A DNA stretch of 64,000 bases from Deltaproteobacteria bacterium (GTDB taxonomy: Bacteria; Myxococcota; Kuafuiibacteriia; Kuafuiibacteriales; Kuafuiibacteriaceae), in assembly GCA_040218735.1 (NCBI GenBank), contig JAVJQW010000042.1:160001-224000 (forward strand), read 5' to 3'. This document shows, piece after piece, positions 37,503 through 46,820 of the stretch. A program made the translations under genes and the position numbers. Position 1 is the stretch's first letter. Every line of letters begins with the position of its first letter. The notes beneath the pieces are model-generated. The model saw only the letters and a list, made by a program, of their open reading frames with translations. It did not search any database and had not been told where the DNA came from.

Positions 37503-39113
37503 CTAGTCCTCGGGAACAGCGCCATCAGGAACACCCAGGGACGTTAGGAACATCGAAAAGTCGGTCTCCAGCGCAATTCTCCTAGTCAAGATAAATCGGT
37601 CTACGTCGCCGTCGCCCAGACACTCCCATGCTCGATCATTAATTAGATGACTTGCGCGGTATGACTCCGATCGGAAAAGCTCGTGTTCAAACCTGACGCC
37701 GCGCCGTCTCGCTTCCAGCGCTGCAACGAAGCCGTCTTCTTTTTCCAGTGAGAGCAAGAATCTGTTTCCGGGATCTCGAGCTAGGTCACCGCCAGACGTC
37801 GCGACGCCACGAATGAGGGCTCTCGCAGCTTGTGATTCCAACCGAGATATTAGATCCTCGTCCTCTTGCTGGTACCTGAACAACTGTAACGCGAGGGCCT
37901 TGATTCGTGCGTGACGTGGGTCAGAAGTATTCGGTAGCTCAAGCGGCTCCCAGGCCGAGACTGACCAGGGCCAGGCTACATCTGCGCGCGAATCGAGCGC
38001 CTGGAGGTACCGCAGCATGCTCGACAATCGGTACCCGCTCATTCCTGAGAATGATGCTTGTGCAGTCGTCCACCAGAACCACCGGACCAGAGCCGAACGG
38101 AGGGCTTTCTTCGGTTGGCGCGGATGGCGTCGTAGCACGTCTGCGAGCAGCACGGCCTGATACGAGTATGGCAGCAAGCCGAGCCCCACGATCCCAAACT
38201 GCTTGCGCATGAACCTAGCCGTGCGCTCGAAGCCGGTAATCACGTCATCGAGAACGCTCGGGTCGCGCCTGAGTGCCTCGCCGAGCTCGCGACCCGAACT
38301 GGTATAGATATCCATATCAAGCGCGGCTCGTATTCCCGCCAGGATATACGACTCATCGATCCCGCCCCACCCCAATCGGCCCAGTCGTTCCTTTGCAGTG
38401 TCGAGCCGTTCTCTCAACGAGTAGTCTTCTTGCCAGGTGAGGGCAGCTACAAGATCCAGATCAGACATCTTCGTACCTTCTGTATTCAGAAGGCCGAACG
38501 TCCTAATCGCTTCGTCGACAGCGTCGGTAACAACAGGAACGATTGGAATCTTGTACTCGCGTACTGCCCGCGCGATTCGATCACTTACCTCAACAAGTTC
38601 GTCCGCATCATCGCCATCAAGGGAGCGCTGAAACCGAAGTAGCGCTACGCTATCCAGGATCAGTCGTCCGTCTAACACGAACTTCATTTCGCCTTGGTCT
38701 ACGTCATCCAAGAACGTCCAGTTCCGTCTACGAAGGTCATAGCCGAGGGCCCACCGTCCACCGTCCCGATGGTCCCTAATGTTGGCCTCCTTCGGTGACC
38801 GGAGCGCAGCAAACAGCGTTGACAGTCGCTGAAAACCATCCAGTAGGTATTGCCTCCCCGGACTCTTGCTGCGAGGCACTTCGTAGGGGCCGATTTGCTT
38901 TCTGAAATTGACGTGGATGTCCGTGCGCCATACCATCACACTGCCGATCGGGTATCCCTTCGACACGCTGTCAAGCAGGCTGAGGCGCTGGTCGCCGCTC
39001 CACCGATCGGGTCTTTGGAATTCAGGCACAACAAGTTCGCCTCGGCCTATCTGCTCCAGTACCTGGTATAGGTACTGGATCTGAGGTTCACTTGCGTAGG
39101 AAAGTGTCGACAT
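37503..39113 (-). CDS. DUF262 (ParB/Srx-like, GmrS-type) domain protein
   Basis: VPEFQR..RW, LLDSVSKGYPIGSVMVW, LLDGFQRLSTL, FGLLNTEG motifs; C-terminal GNRFLL...SHLI...RFILTR. Confidence 0.9.
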   Translation of the reverse strand: MSTLSYASEPQIQYLYQVLEQIGRGELVVPEFQRPDRWSGDQRLSLLDSVSKGYPIGSVMVWRTDIHVNFRKQIGPYEVPRSKSPGRQYLLDGFQRLSTLFAALRSPKEANIRDHRDGGRWALGYDLRRRNWTFLDDVDQGEMKFVLDGRLILDSVALLRFQRSLDGDDADELVEVSDRIARAVREYKIPIVPVVTDAVDEAIRTFGLLNTEGTKMSDLDLVAALTWQEDYSLRERLDTAKERLGRLGWGGIDESYILAGIRAALDMDIYTSSGRELGEALRRDPSVLDDVITGFERTARFMRKQFGIVGLGLLPYSYQAVLLADVLRRHPRQPKKALRSALVRWFWWTTAQASFSGMSGYRLSSMLRYLQALDSRADVAWPWSVSAWEPLELPNTSDPRHARIKALALQLFRYQQEDEDLISRLESQAARALIRGVATSGGDLARDPGNRFLLSLEKEDGFVAALEARRRGVRFEHELFRSESYRASHLINDRAWECLGDGDVDRFILTRRIALETDFSMFLTSLGVPDGAVPED

Positions 39114-40099
39114 TAAAGTGCCCCGAGAATAAAGTGGAAAATTTCTCCTAGCTCGTCGTTAATCTTGAACTGTTCGCACATGACTTCATTGGCGTACTTA
39201 CAGGCGCGCCACACCGAGTTTCCCAGTGGGACCTTCAAGTCTCGCAACTCCTTCCTGCTAACGTTGTAGTTCTCGTCTTCAGCTTTAGGGATACCGTCTT
39301 TCAGGTGGTGATGTCTCTGCACTCTTGCGGGAAGACGGCTATACACTTCGATATGTCGGTGCTGTTCCTCGGTCGCAGGCATCTCTTTCGCCCAAGTCGC
39401 GATCGCGGGAGGTGGAATGTAGTTCTCGGCCATGCGGCGTGAAAGGACTCTGATTCGGATATTCGCCGCTCTGGCGGCCTCTACAGCTTTCCTTACGGCG
39501 TCGGGAAGATTGTTCGTGCAGCGCTCATACTCTTCGCTAGACGTTAGCCATGGTGACGTTGTATCGCTATCGGTAATAACAACCGTCCGGAGACGTCGCA
39601 ATCCGTCGCTCCTTTCGTCCTCCAGTCGCCGTGCGACGTTCGTCACACCACCGGCGTTGCTCCATCTTACGAAGTCCCTGCTACGTGCCGTCTTCCAGTT
39701 TCTTCGATGGGTCGGTGGAACGAGCGCATCAAGAAGCCCTCCGTCGCTCGATTCGTCCTCTACGAGAACCTCAAGCGGTGTCATCCACAGGGCAACAGCA
39801 TCGTCCAAAGTCAAGACGGGGGGCGTACTCCCCCAGTCGGATCGGTCAGGATCTCCAACCTGAACGGTGAAAGTACTTGGGAACCTCGCATGCCGTCTCT
39901 TCGCGTGATTGATCGCGCGGCGGAAGGTGTCTCGTTCTTCCTCGTTTCGACTCGACAGCCAATCGTCAAACACAGCCCTTCCGTCTGGTACCACGATAAG
40001 GTTGTGCCGCCCGCGAGACGCTAGAGCGACAAGCGTCACGAGGGATATACGCCGTTCAGTGCGGCATTCGACCGCTGTTCGCAGTAGTTCAATCCGCAC
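39113..40099 (-). CDS. Uncharacterised protein with TOPRIM-like acidic motifs (putative nuclease effector)
   Basis: VLVEDESSD, AGG, VVITDSD, LSRRMAENYIP; GTG start with GGAG RBS overlapping the ATPase end; TAATG coupling to the next gene. Confidence 0.7.
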   Translation of the reverse strand: MRIELLRTAVECRTERRISLVTLVALASRGRHNLIVVPDGRAVFDDWLSSRNEEERDTFRRAINHAKRRHARFPSTFTVQVGDPDRSDWGSTPPVLTLDDAVALWMTPLEVLVEDESSDGGLLDALVPPTHRRNWKTARSRDFVRWSNAGGVTNVARRLEDERSDGLRRLRTVVITDSDTTSPWLTSSEEYERCTNNLPDAVRKAVEAARAANIRIRVLSRRMAENYIPPPAIATWAKEMPATEEQHRHIEVYSRLPARVQRHHHLKDGIPKAEDENYNVSRKELRDLKVPLGNSVWRACKYANEVMCEQFKINDELGEIFHFILGAL

Positions 40100-41300
40100 T
40101 CGTGGAGCTCCAATTCGACCTAGCCTCGCTGAGCCGCTCCGCCAAATCAGATGCCTCCGAAAAAATGTCTGGCGGAAGATGGTGGTCCGGTACACCTTTG
40201 TCAGTGAGTTCGACTCTCTGCGCGATGCTGCGACCATCATCCAACTGATGCACCCAGTGGATCGCGACCTGACTAGGGAGTAGTTTTTCTCTCGCCACGG
40301 ACAAGAGTACCGAAAGCAGGAAATGCTCCGAATGCGTCTCGACGAGGATTCTGGTCTGAGGATTTCTACGCACAGCCTTCACTATCCACGCAGTAACCTG
40401 TTCGTGAAGTCGTGGATGAAGGTGCAGTTCCGGCTGTTCCAACGCCAGAATGCGGGGGCCAGAGTCAGTCATTGACTGTGCTACAGAGACAGCCACTGGC
40501 AGCACTTGGGCGAGGCCTTCGCCCGTGTCCGCCAGATCGACGCTAAGCGCTGGCTGCGCGGGGGGCGAGATCCTAATTCGAAAATCGTCTTCCACCTCCT
40601 CAATCGAAAGCCTAAGGTTCAGGTGGTTGTGGAAAAAATCGACGACTAGCTCAAAGACCTCTGACCCATCCAACTTGGCATAGGCCAGTACGCGAGCCGC
40701 GTCCTCCCCATCCGGCCGCATTGGGCCATTTGGTCGGCCACCGAACGGAATTCGCCGTGGGACACGCGCACGTAGCGAATCGAGCCACTGAGATCGCTCG
40801 AGGTCCGCGTGGGCGGGCATGTCCCAGCGAAGATTCGGCCCGGACACTGATAGTCCCTCGATGCTCAGATCGATGGTTTCATCTCTTCCACTACCTATGA
40901 GTCTATACTGAGTAAGTCCCTGCGTAGTCCATTCAAGGCTGCTGGTTCCAGTATGGTCGGTGCGGACGATTTTCTCGACAACCTGCCTGCGCAGGTCCGG
41001 CAAGTCTCGAATCGTGTACGTCGCCTTCGACTCCTCATCCTCGACGATGACTGCGAGGGAAAGGCCGTTGTCCATGCGAGACTTGACGTCCGAGAATGTC
41101 GCTTCGCGTAGCGACGGTGCTGCAAAGGAGATTGGTGGGCCACCTTCCCGCTGCGTCTGCTGTAGGAGAGGAACAAGTCGGAGGAGCGCACTCTTGCCGG
41201 AGCTATTGTAGCCGAACAGCAGAGTGAACGGTCGAACGTCGACCTGTGTGGGGTCCACGAATCCTCGGTAGTTCTCAACGCCTAGAAGCTGCAACGACAC
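40089..41300 (-). CDS. ABC-type AAA ATPase (AAA_15/AAA_21, DUF3696-like C-terminus)
   Basis: VENYRGF, Walker A GYNSSGKS, TGEGLAQVLP signature, LEQPELHLHP, VETHSEH. Confidence 0.92.
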   Translation of the reverse strand: MSLQLLGVENYRGFVDPTQVDVRPFTLLFGYNSSGKSALLRLVPLLQQTQREGGPPISFAAPSLREATFSDVKSRMDNGLSLAVIVEDEESKATYTIRDLPDLRRQVVEKIVRTDHTGTSSLEWTTQGLTQYRLIGSGRDETIDLSIEGLSVSGPNLRWDMPAHADLERSQWLDSLRARVPRRIPFGGRPNGPMRPDGEDAARVLAYAKLDGSEVFELVVDFFHNHLNLRLSIEEVEDDFRIRISPPAQPALSVDLADTGEGLAQVLPVAVSVAQSMTDSGPRILALEQPELHLHPRLHEQVTAWIVKAVRRNPQTRILVETHSEHFLLSVLLSVAREKLLPSQVAIHWVHQLDDGRSIAQRVELTDKGVPDHHLPPDIFSEASDLAERLSEARSNWSSTSAD

Positions 41301-41549
41301 GATGGGCCACCTTCGAGCCGATGCTCACACATCTCTTGGCCGTCGGCCAGCAGGTTTGGACGCCCGGCTCGATGCCATACCGTCCGGAGAAGTCTCGGGC
41401 CCAGCCCCCATGGTCAAGGCCGTCAATGACCTCGTTCCAAAGAACGTCAACGTGCAGGCGCGTAAGGGAAGCTGGGAACTCGAACGATGAGCGCCGATCT
41501 ACTTGAGGCGGTTGCGCCTACTACGTAGAGGTTCAGGCATGTTGTGCGT

Positions 41550-41569
41550 GACGGGGTACGCCGCCTAGG
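41550..41569 (+). repeat. Right direct repeat GACGGGGTACGCCGCCTAGG (att-like)
   Basis: Identical to 37462-37481; contains the stop codon of the minus-strand sigma-54 activator. Confidence 0.92.
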
Positions 41570-43061
41570 AATCGTTGTGTCGCCCCAACCCGTGCAGGCG
41601 GATCAGGTTGTACATGTGCGAACGCGTGATCTGTAGGCGGTCGGCCGCGCGCGCTACGACGCCGTCCTCGGCGTCGAGCGCCTGCGCCACCAACCTCCGC
41701 TGAAAGGCGCGCGTCGCCTCGTGGTACGACAGCTCGTCGTCTCGCCGACCGTCTTCGGCGGGCGCGAAATGCTGGGTCTCGATCTGCATCGCGCCGTCCC
41801 CGTTCGCTCGCAGGCGCGCGCCGATGACCACGTTCTCGAGCTCGCGGATGTTGCCGCTCCACTCTTGGTTCTGCAGCCAGAACAGCGCGGCCGGCGCGAT
41901 CGGGATCGGCTCGAGCCCGGCTTCGCTCGCCCGCTGATAGGCGAGGTGGCTCGCCAGCGCCGGGATGTCCTCGACCCGTTCCGCGAGGCTCGGCATCCGG
42001 ATCGGGAGCACGTTGATGCGGTAGTAGAGGTCCTCGCGGAAGCGCCGCTCGCGAACGCGCTCGGCGAGGTCCGCGTTCGTCGCCGTCACGACCCGTGCGT
42101 CGGCTTCCCGTTGTTGGTCGGCGCCCACCGGGAAGTAGATCTTCTCCTGCAGGAGCGTGAGCAACTTGGCTTGCGCGTCGAGGGACAGCTCCGCGACCTC
42201 GTCGAGGAACAGCGTGCCGCCCGACGCAGCGGCGACTTTGCCCTTCCGATCTTCGGTCGCCGTGGAGTGCCCGCCGCGCACCGCGCCGAACAGCTCGTTC
42301 TCCAGGAGCTCGGTCGGGAGGTTCGCGCAGTTGACGTGGACGAAGGGGCCCAGACGCCGCAGGCTGTTGCCGTGAATCGCGCGCGCCACGAGTGACTTGC
42401 CCGTGCCGCTCGCTCCCGTCAGGAGCACCGCGATGTCCGTCTTCGCGACCAGCTCCAGCTGCTCGAAGACCCGGGCGAGGGCGGCGCTGCGCCCCACGAT
42501 CGATTCGACGGACAGACGAACGCGAAGGGCATCCGTGGCGTCGTCGTCGCTGGATGGGTGCGCGAGTCGGCGCACGACCGGCGCGATGTGGAAAACGACG
42601 CGTTCGAACAGCGCGAGGTCGTCGTCGGCGAACCCTCCGCTCGAACGACCCTCGAGGTAGATCGAGCCGAGCACCGGTGCATCTCCGATCGGCGCGCAGA
42701 CGACGGCTCCGACCCTCTTCAGCTGCACGCTCTTCCGTTCCCGGAATCGTGTGTCGGCGAGCGCCGACGACGTGTGGACCGTCCGCCCCTCCGCGATGGC
42801 CTCGGCGATGATGCCGCGCGACACACGTTTCTGCGCTCGCTCGCGCTCCTCGTCCGTCAGGCCGGTGTCGATCGTCTCGGCTTCGCTCCGCGTCGCGTCG
42901 CGGTAGATCTCCATGTAGCCGTGTTCGGCCCCGAGCGTCCGCGCGGCGAGCGCCAACGCGCCGCGCACCGCCTCTCGCGGATCGTCGACGTGATAGAGGT
43001 CGAGCAGCGCAGCGTAGAGGTCACGTTCGAGCTCGGTGCGGCGGGGATCGTTCGAGCTCAC
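41565..43061 (-). CDS. GAF-domain sigma-54-interacting transcriptional regulator
   Basis: GAF segment, GASGTGKS, ELFG..RGGHSTA, LFLDEV, FREDLYYR, WSGNIREL, HTH; GTG start inferred. Confidence 0.9.
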   Translation of the reverse strand: MSSNDPRRTELERDLYAALLDLYHVDDPREAVRGALALAARTLGAEHGYMEIYRDATRSEAETIDTGLTDEERERAQKRVSRGIIAEAIAEGRTVHTSSALADTRFRERKSVQLKRVGAVVCAPIGDAPVLGSIYLEGRSSGGFADDDLALFERVVFHIAPVVRRLAHPSSDDDATDALRVRLSVESIVGRSAALARVFEQLELVAKTDIAVLLTGASGTGKSLVARAIHGNSLRRLGPFVHVNCANLPTELLENELFGAVRGGHSTATEDRKGKVAAASGGTLFLDEVAELSLDAQAKLLTLLQEKIYFPVGADQQREADARVVTATNADLAERVRERRFREDLYYRINVLPIRMPSLAERVEDIPALASHLAYQRASEAGLEPIPIAPAALFWLQNQEWSGNIRELENVVIGARLRANGDGAMQIETQHFAPAEDGRRDDELSYHEATRAFQRRLVAQALDAEDGVVARAADRLQITRSHMYNLIRLHGLGRHNDS

Positions 43062-43139
43062 GCCCTCGCATGCTCCGTGACGACCAGAACCGGAATCAAT
43101 CCGCGGTAACGCCGCCGTCCGCGAGGCCAGGCGAATCAC

Positions 43140-44141
43140 TCAGTGCGCGAGCAGAGTCCACAGCGCGTCGGCCGCCAACCCCGGCGACCCCGCACCCGCG
43201 CGCTCCGCTTCGTGCACGCGTTTCACCACGCGCCGGTTGATCGGCGCGTCGATGCCGGCCGCTTCGGCGCGTCGGACGATCTCGCCGTTGAGCCAATCGA
43301 CCTCCGTCGGTCGGCCCCGCGTGAGGTCTTCCCACATCGACGAGCGCGCGTCGGCGTCGACCTTCATCTGTGCGCCGGTCACGAGGCGGACGATCGGCGT
43401 CGGCAGGCGCAACACCTTCGGCATCAGGCCGACCGGTACGCCGCGCAGCTTCGCGGGCCGCACACCCGAAGCGCGCGCGACGGCGAGGCCCTCGTCGATC
43501 AGCGCGGCGACGCAGCGACGATAGCCAGGCGACAATAGGATCTGTCGGGTCGGCGCGTCCGACAACGCGCTCACCGCGTTGTTGAGGTTCACACACAGCT
43601 TCGTCCACTGGTGCGGCACGAGATCGTCGTACACGACGAGGTCGAGCTCGCCGGCGCGAATCGCGGCGTTCGATCGCGGCTCGGGTTCGAGCACGATCGG
43701 CCCGTCCATCGTCCGGTGGAATCGACCCTCGCCGCGCGACACCACGTTGTACTCCACGATGCCGGGCACCACGCGTCGCGGACCGAGGTGCAGGCGCAAC
43801 CGGTCCGCGTTGCCCAACCCGTTCTGCAGGCTCGCGACGACCGCGTCCTCCCGGAGAATCGGCGCGAGCACCTTCGCGACCTCTTCGGTCTGCCCGCTCT
43901 TCACCGCGACGAACACGACGTCGCACGCCGCGAGCGCCGCGGGATCCGTGACGTACCGGATCGTCTGTGCGCGGCGGGGCGCGGCGTCCAGGTCCTGGAC
44001 CGAGAGCCCGTGCTCCGCGATCTCTTTTGCCAGCCGCTCGCGCCCGACGAGGACGACCTCGGCGCCGGACAGCGCGATCTTGCCGCCGACGTAACAACCG
44101 ATGGAACCGGCGCCCATCACGCCGACGGTGGGGGCCGCCAC
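43140..44141 (-). CDS. panE: 2-dehydropantoate 2-reductase (ApbA/PanE family)
   Basis: VMGAGSIG, VAVKS, SLQNG, WTKLCVN, SSMWEDL...TEVDWLNG. Confidence 0.88.
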   Translation of the reverse strand: MAAPTVGVMGAGSIGCYVGGKIALSGAEVVLVGRERLAKEIAEHGLSVQDLDAAPRRAQTIRYVTDPAALAACDVVFVAVKSGQTEEVAKVLAPILREDAVVASLQNGLGNADRLRLHLGPRRVVPGIVEYNVVSRGEGRFHRTMDGPIVLEPEPRSNAAIRAGELDLVVYDDLVPHQWTKLCVNLNNAVSALSDAPTRQILLSPGYRRCVAALIDEGLAVARASGVRPAKLRGVPVGLMPKVLRLPTPIVRLVTGAQMKVDADARSSMWEDLTRGRPTEVDWLNGEIVRRAEAAGIDAPINRRVVKRVHEAERAGAGSPGLAADALWTLLAH

Positions 44142-44220
44142 GCGCGCGATGATGCCGCTTCGCTCGTCGCCGGCAAATCGGTCTTCCCGCATCGCGCCCC
44201 CCGGTGCTACCCCACCCCCT

Positions 44221-45117
44221 GTGTTTCCGCGGCTGTCGTTCTTCTTCCGGCAGGCGCTCCTCGCGCTCGTCCGGTCGCTCGGCGTCACGTCGGTCGCGGT
44301 GGCGACGATCGGCGTCGCGCTCGCGGTGCTCGCGACCTTCGTGGTCATCGTCGACAACCTGCGCCGCGTCGCGGAAGAGCTCGGTCGCGACGTCGAGATC
44401 TCCGCGTACGTGCCGAAGGCGATCACCCGCGTCGACGGCGTGACCCTCGCCGCCGAGATCGAGTCCTGGGACGACGTCGAGAAGGCGCGCTTCCTCGAGT
44501 CCGAAGTCGCGATGGAGGAGTTCCGCGAGGTGCTCGCGGAGGACGCCGTGCTCCTCGAAGGCCTGCCGCCGGACCTGCTCCCGCCGTCCGTCGAGATCCG
44601 CCTCGTCCCCCGAACGTGGACGCGCGTGGAGGTCGAGGCGATCGGTCGCCGCATCGCCGAGCTGAAACCGATCGAAGACGTGCGCTTCGGTCAGGACGAC
44701 ATCGAACGCGTCAACGCGATGCTCGGCTTCGCGCGCATCACCACGCTGATCCTCGGCATCGCGCTCTGCCTCGGCACCATACTGATCGTGTCGAACACCA
44801 TCCGCCTTACCGTCTACGCCCGGCGCGACGAGATCGAGATCATGAGCCTCGTCGGAGCGACCAACGCGTTCGTTCGCGCGCCCTTCGTGCTCGAAGGCAT
44901 GATCCAGGGCGTCCTCGGTGGCGCGTTCGCCGCCATCGTCCTCGTCGTGCTCGAAGAAGGGCTCCGCGTGGGCCTCGAACGCGGCCTCTCCTACGCCTAC
45001 GGGCCGGTCGATCTCTCGTTCGTCCCCTTACACTTCATCGGCTACCTCCTCATCGCGGGCGTGACGCTCGGCCTCGTGGGTTCGGTGCTCGCGGTGGGGC
45101 GCTTCCTGAAGGTATGA
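44221..45117 (+). CDS. ftsX: Cell division permease-like protein FtsX
   Basis: Four TM helices, LPPSVEI, SNTIRLTVYARRDEIEIMSLVGAT, PFVLEG. Confidence 0.93.
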   Translation: MFPRLSFFFRQALLALVRSLGVTSVAVATIGVALAVLATFVVIVDNLRRVAEELGRDVEISAYVPKAITRVDGVTLAAEIESWDDVEKARFLESEVAMEEFREVLAEDAVLLEGLPPDLLPPSVEIRLVPRTWTRVEVEAIGRRIAELKPIEDVRFGQDDIERVNAMLGFARITTLILGIALCLGTILIVSNTIRLTVYARRDEIEIMSLVGATNAFVRAPFVLEGMIQGVLGGAFAAIVLVVLEEGLRVGLERGLSYAYGPVDLSFVPLHFIGYLLIAGVTLGLVGSVLAVGRFLKV

Positions 45118-46220
45118 CGCCCGCGCTGCTCATCCTCCTCGCCGTCGGCGCGCCGAGCGGGACCCCGGAGTGGTCCGCGTTGCAGCGCCGGCTCGCGCAA
45201 GACAGGTTGCGCGTGCGTTTCCTACGCCGCGAAGAGCTCACGATCAAACAGGGCATCCGCGAGCTCGACCGCGAGATGAAGAAGACCGACAAGCGGATCG
45301 ACACACTCGCCGACGAAGCCGACCGCACGCGCGACCGTATCGAGGAGCTCGACCGCCGCATCACGTCGATCGAGAACCGCATGGGCAACCTCCGCGAGAC
45401 CGTCGGCCGCCGCGCCGCCGCGATGCTTCGGCTGCGCCGCACCAACCTCGCGACCATCCTCGACCACGCCGTCACACCCGGCGACGCACGCCGGCTCGAG
45501 GAGCGCCTCGAACGGGTCATCGCGTTCGACGCCGATCTGATCCGGAACGTCCGCGACACGAGCGTCCAGGAGCGCGACGCCCGCGACACCCTCGAAGCCG
45601 AGCTCACGAAGCTCCAAGAGACGACCGACGCCCTCGAACAAGAGAACATCGACGCCGCGCTCCTCCGCGAGGAACGCGCGGCGCTGCTCGACGCCGTCGC
45701 GAAGGAGCGCCGTCAGTCCGGTCGCCTCCTTGCGGATCTGCTCCGCGCGTCACGTCGGCTCAAACAAGAGCTCGGCGTCGTGCGCGGCGCCCGCCCGGCG
45801 CCCGAGCGCGCCGAGGGCGGCTTCTCCGCGCAGAAGGGGCGCCTACCGTGGCCGGTGACGGGCACGGTCGAATCGATCTTCGGCAAGACCGTCGACACCG
45901 TCTCGGGGATGGTGATGGTCCAGCGCGGCATCGACATCCGCGCTCCGCAGTCCGCGTTGATCCGCAACGTGTTCGACGGGCGCGTCGCGTTCGCGGGTCG
46001 TGTCGAGGGGCTGGGGCGCGTGTTGATCGTGGAGCACGAAGGCTTCCATTCGATCTACGCGCACCTCGAGTCGTTCCAGGTCCGCAAGGGCCAGACCGTC
46101 GGGCAGTACCAAGTGCTCGGGTTCGTCGGTGACTCCGACTCCACGAAGGGCGCCCACCTGTACTTCGAGCTGCGCGAAGGGCGCGAGGCGGTCGACCCGA
46201 TGACGTGGCTCAGTTCGTGA
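45114..46220 (+). CDS. envC: Murein hydrolase activator EnvC family (coiled coil plus M23 domain)
   Basis: Long coiled coil, KGRLPWPV, GIDI, IYAHL, HLYFELR; overlaps the ftsX stop. Confidence 0.88.
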   Translation: MTPALLILLAVGAPSGTPEWSALQRRLAQDRLRVRFLRREELTIKQGIRELDREMKKTDKRIDTLADEADRTRDRIEELDRRITSIENRMGNLRETVGRRAAAMLRLRRTNLATILDHAVTPGDARRLEERLERVIAFDADLIRNVRDTSVQERDARDTLEAELTKLQETTDALEQENIDAALLREERAALLDAVAKERRQSGRLLADLLRASRRLKQELGVVRGARPAPERAEGGFSAQKGRLPWPVTGTVESIFGKTVDTVSGMVMVQRGIDIRAPQSALIRNVFDGRVAFAGRVEGLGRVLIVEHEGFHSIYAHLESFQVRKGQTVGQYQVLGFVGDSDSTKGAHLYFELREGREAVDPMTWLSS

Positions 46221-46740
46221 GCGCGCACGCGGCGAGCACGTTGTCGAGGTAGCCCTGGACCGCCTTCTTCTCGGCGGGGCCCTTCGCGAGGCGCTGGATC
46301 GACTTCTTCGCTTCCTCCACCGCGCCCTTGCGCACCTCGATCGACGCCTCCTTCTTGATCTCCGCGCAACGCTCGGTGAACCGCTTCTCGCATTCCTTCA
46401 GCGGCTGCGTCATGAGGCGCACGTACTTCGCCTTCTCGCGTGGCGAGTACCGCTGCTTCACCGCGTAGTCGCTCGCCTCGCGGCGCACCTTGCTCGAATC
46501 GGCGGCGCGCGTCGGGGCCGGCTTCGACATGTGCACGCCGCACTTCTCGACGCTCGGTCGCTCGAACGGGACGACGACGGTGCCGCCGAAGAGGACGATG
46601 TCCCCGTTCTCGGAGACGGCGACGACGGCGGCCTTCTGCATGTCGTCGTCGAGCGCCTTGCCGTAGCTCTTCTCCTCCGCCCGGGCCGAGCCGGCGAGGA
46701 GCAGCGCGAATGTGGTGAACAGGATGGTCTTGGTGTTCAT
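46210..46740 (-). CDS. Hypothetical secreted protein
   Basis: Signal peptide ending ARA; host-like codon usage; four Cys. Confidence 0.7.
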   Translation of the reverse strand: MNTKTILFTTFALLLAGSARAEEKSYGKALDDDMQKAAVVAVSENGDIVLFGGTVVVPFERPSVEKCGVHMSKPAPTRAADSSKVRREASDYAVKQRYSPREKAKYVRLMTQPLKECEKRFTERCAEIKKEASIEVRKGAVEEAKKSIQRLAKGPAEKKAVQGYLDNVLAACALTN

Positions 46741-46820
46741 GGTCGAAACCCCGAAGGACAGGGTGCCCCCGAAGTACGTCGACGTTCAATCGGCGCGTCG
46801 AGGCGCTATCATCCCGCCCC

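Larger units (their letters stand above)
37462..41569. mobile_element. Lower-GC genomic islet (4088 bp between repeat starts) carrying a putative defence operon; no integrase
   Basis: 20-bp direct repeats at both ends coincide with an abrupt change in base composition and codon usage. Confidence 0.85.

Noticed and set aside
41302-41490. 62-aa plus-strand ORF inside the islet as a recombinase remnant or regulator
   Set aside because: No recognisable motif, and it abuts the ATPase start, so it probably overlaps the operon promoter; cannot be supported
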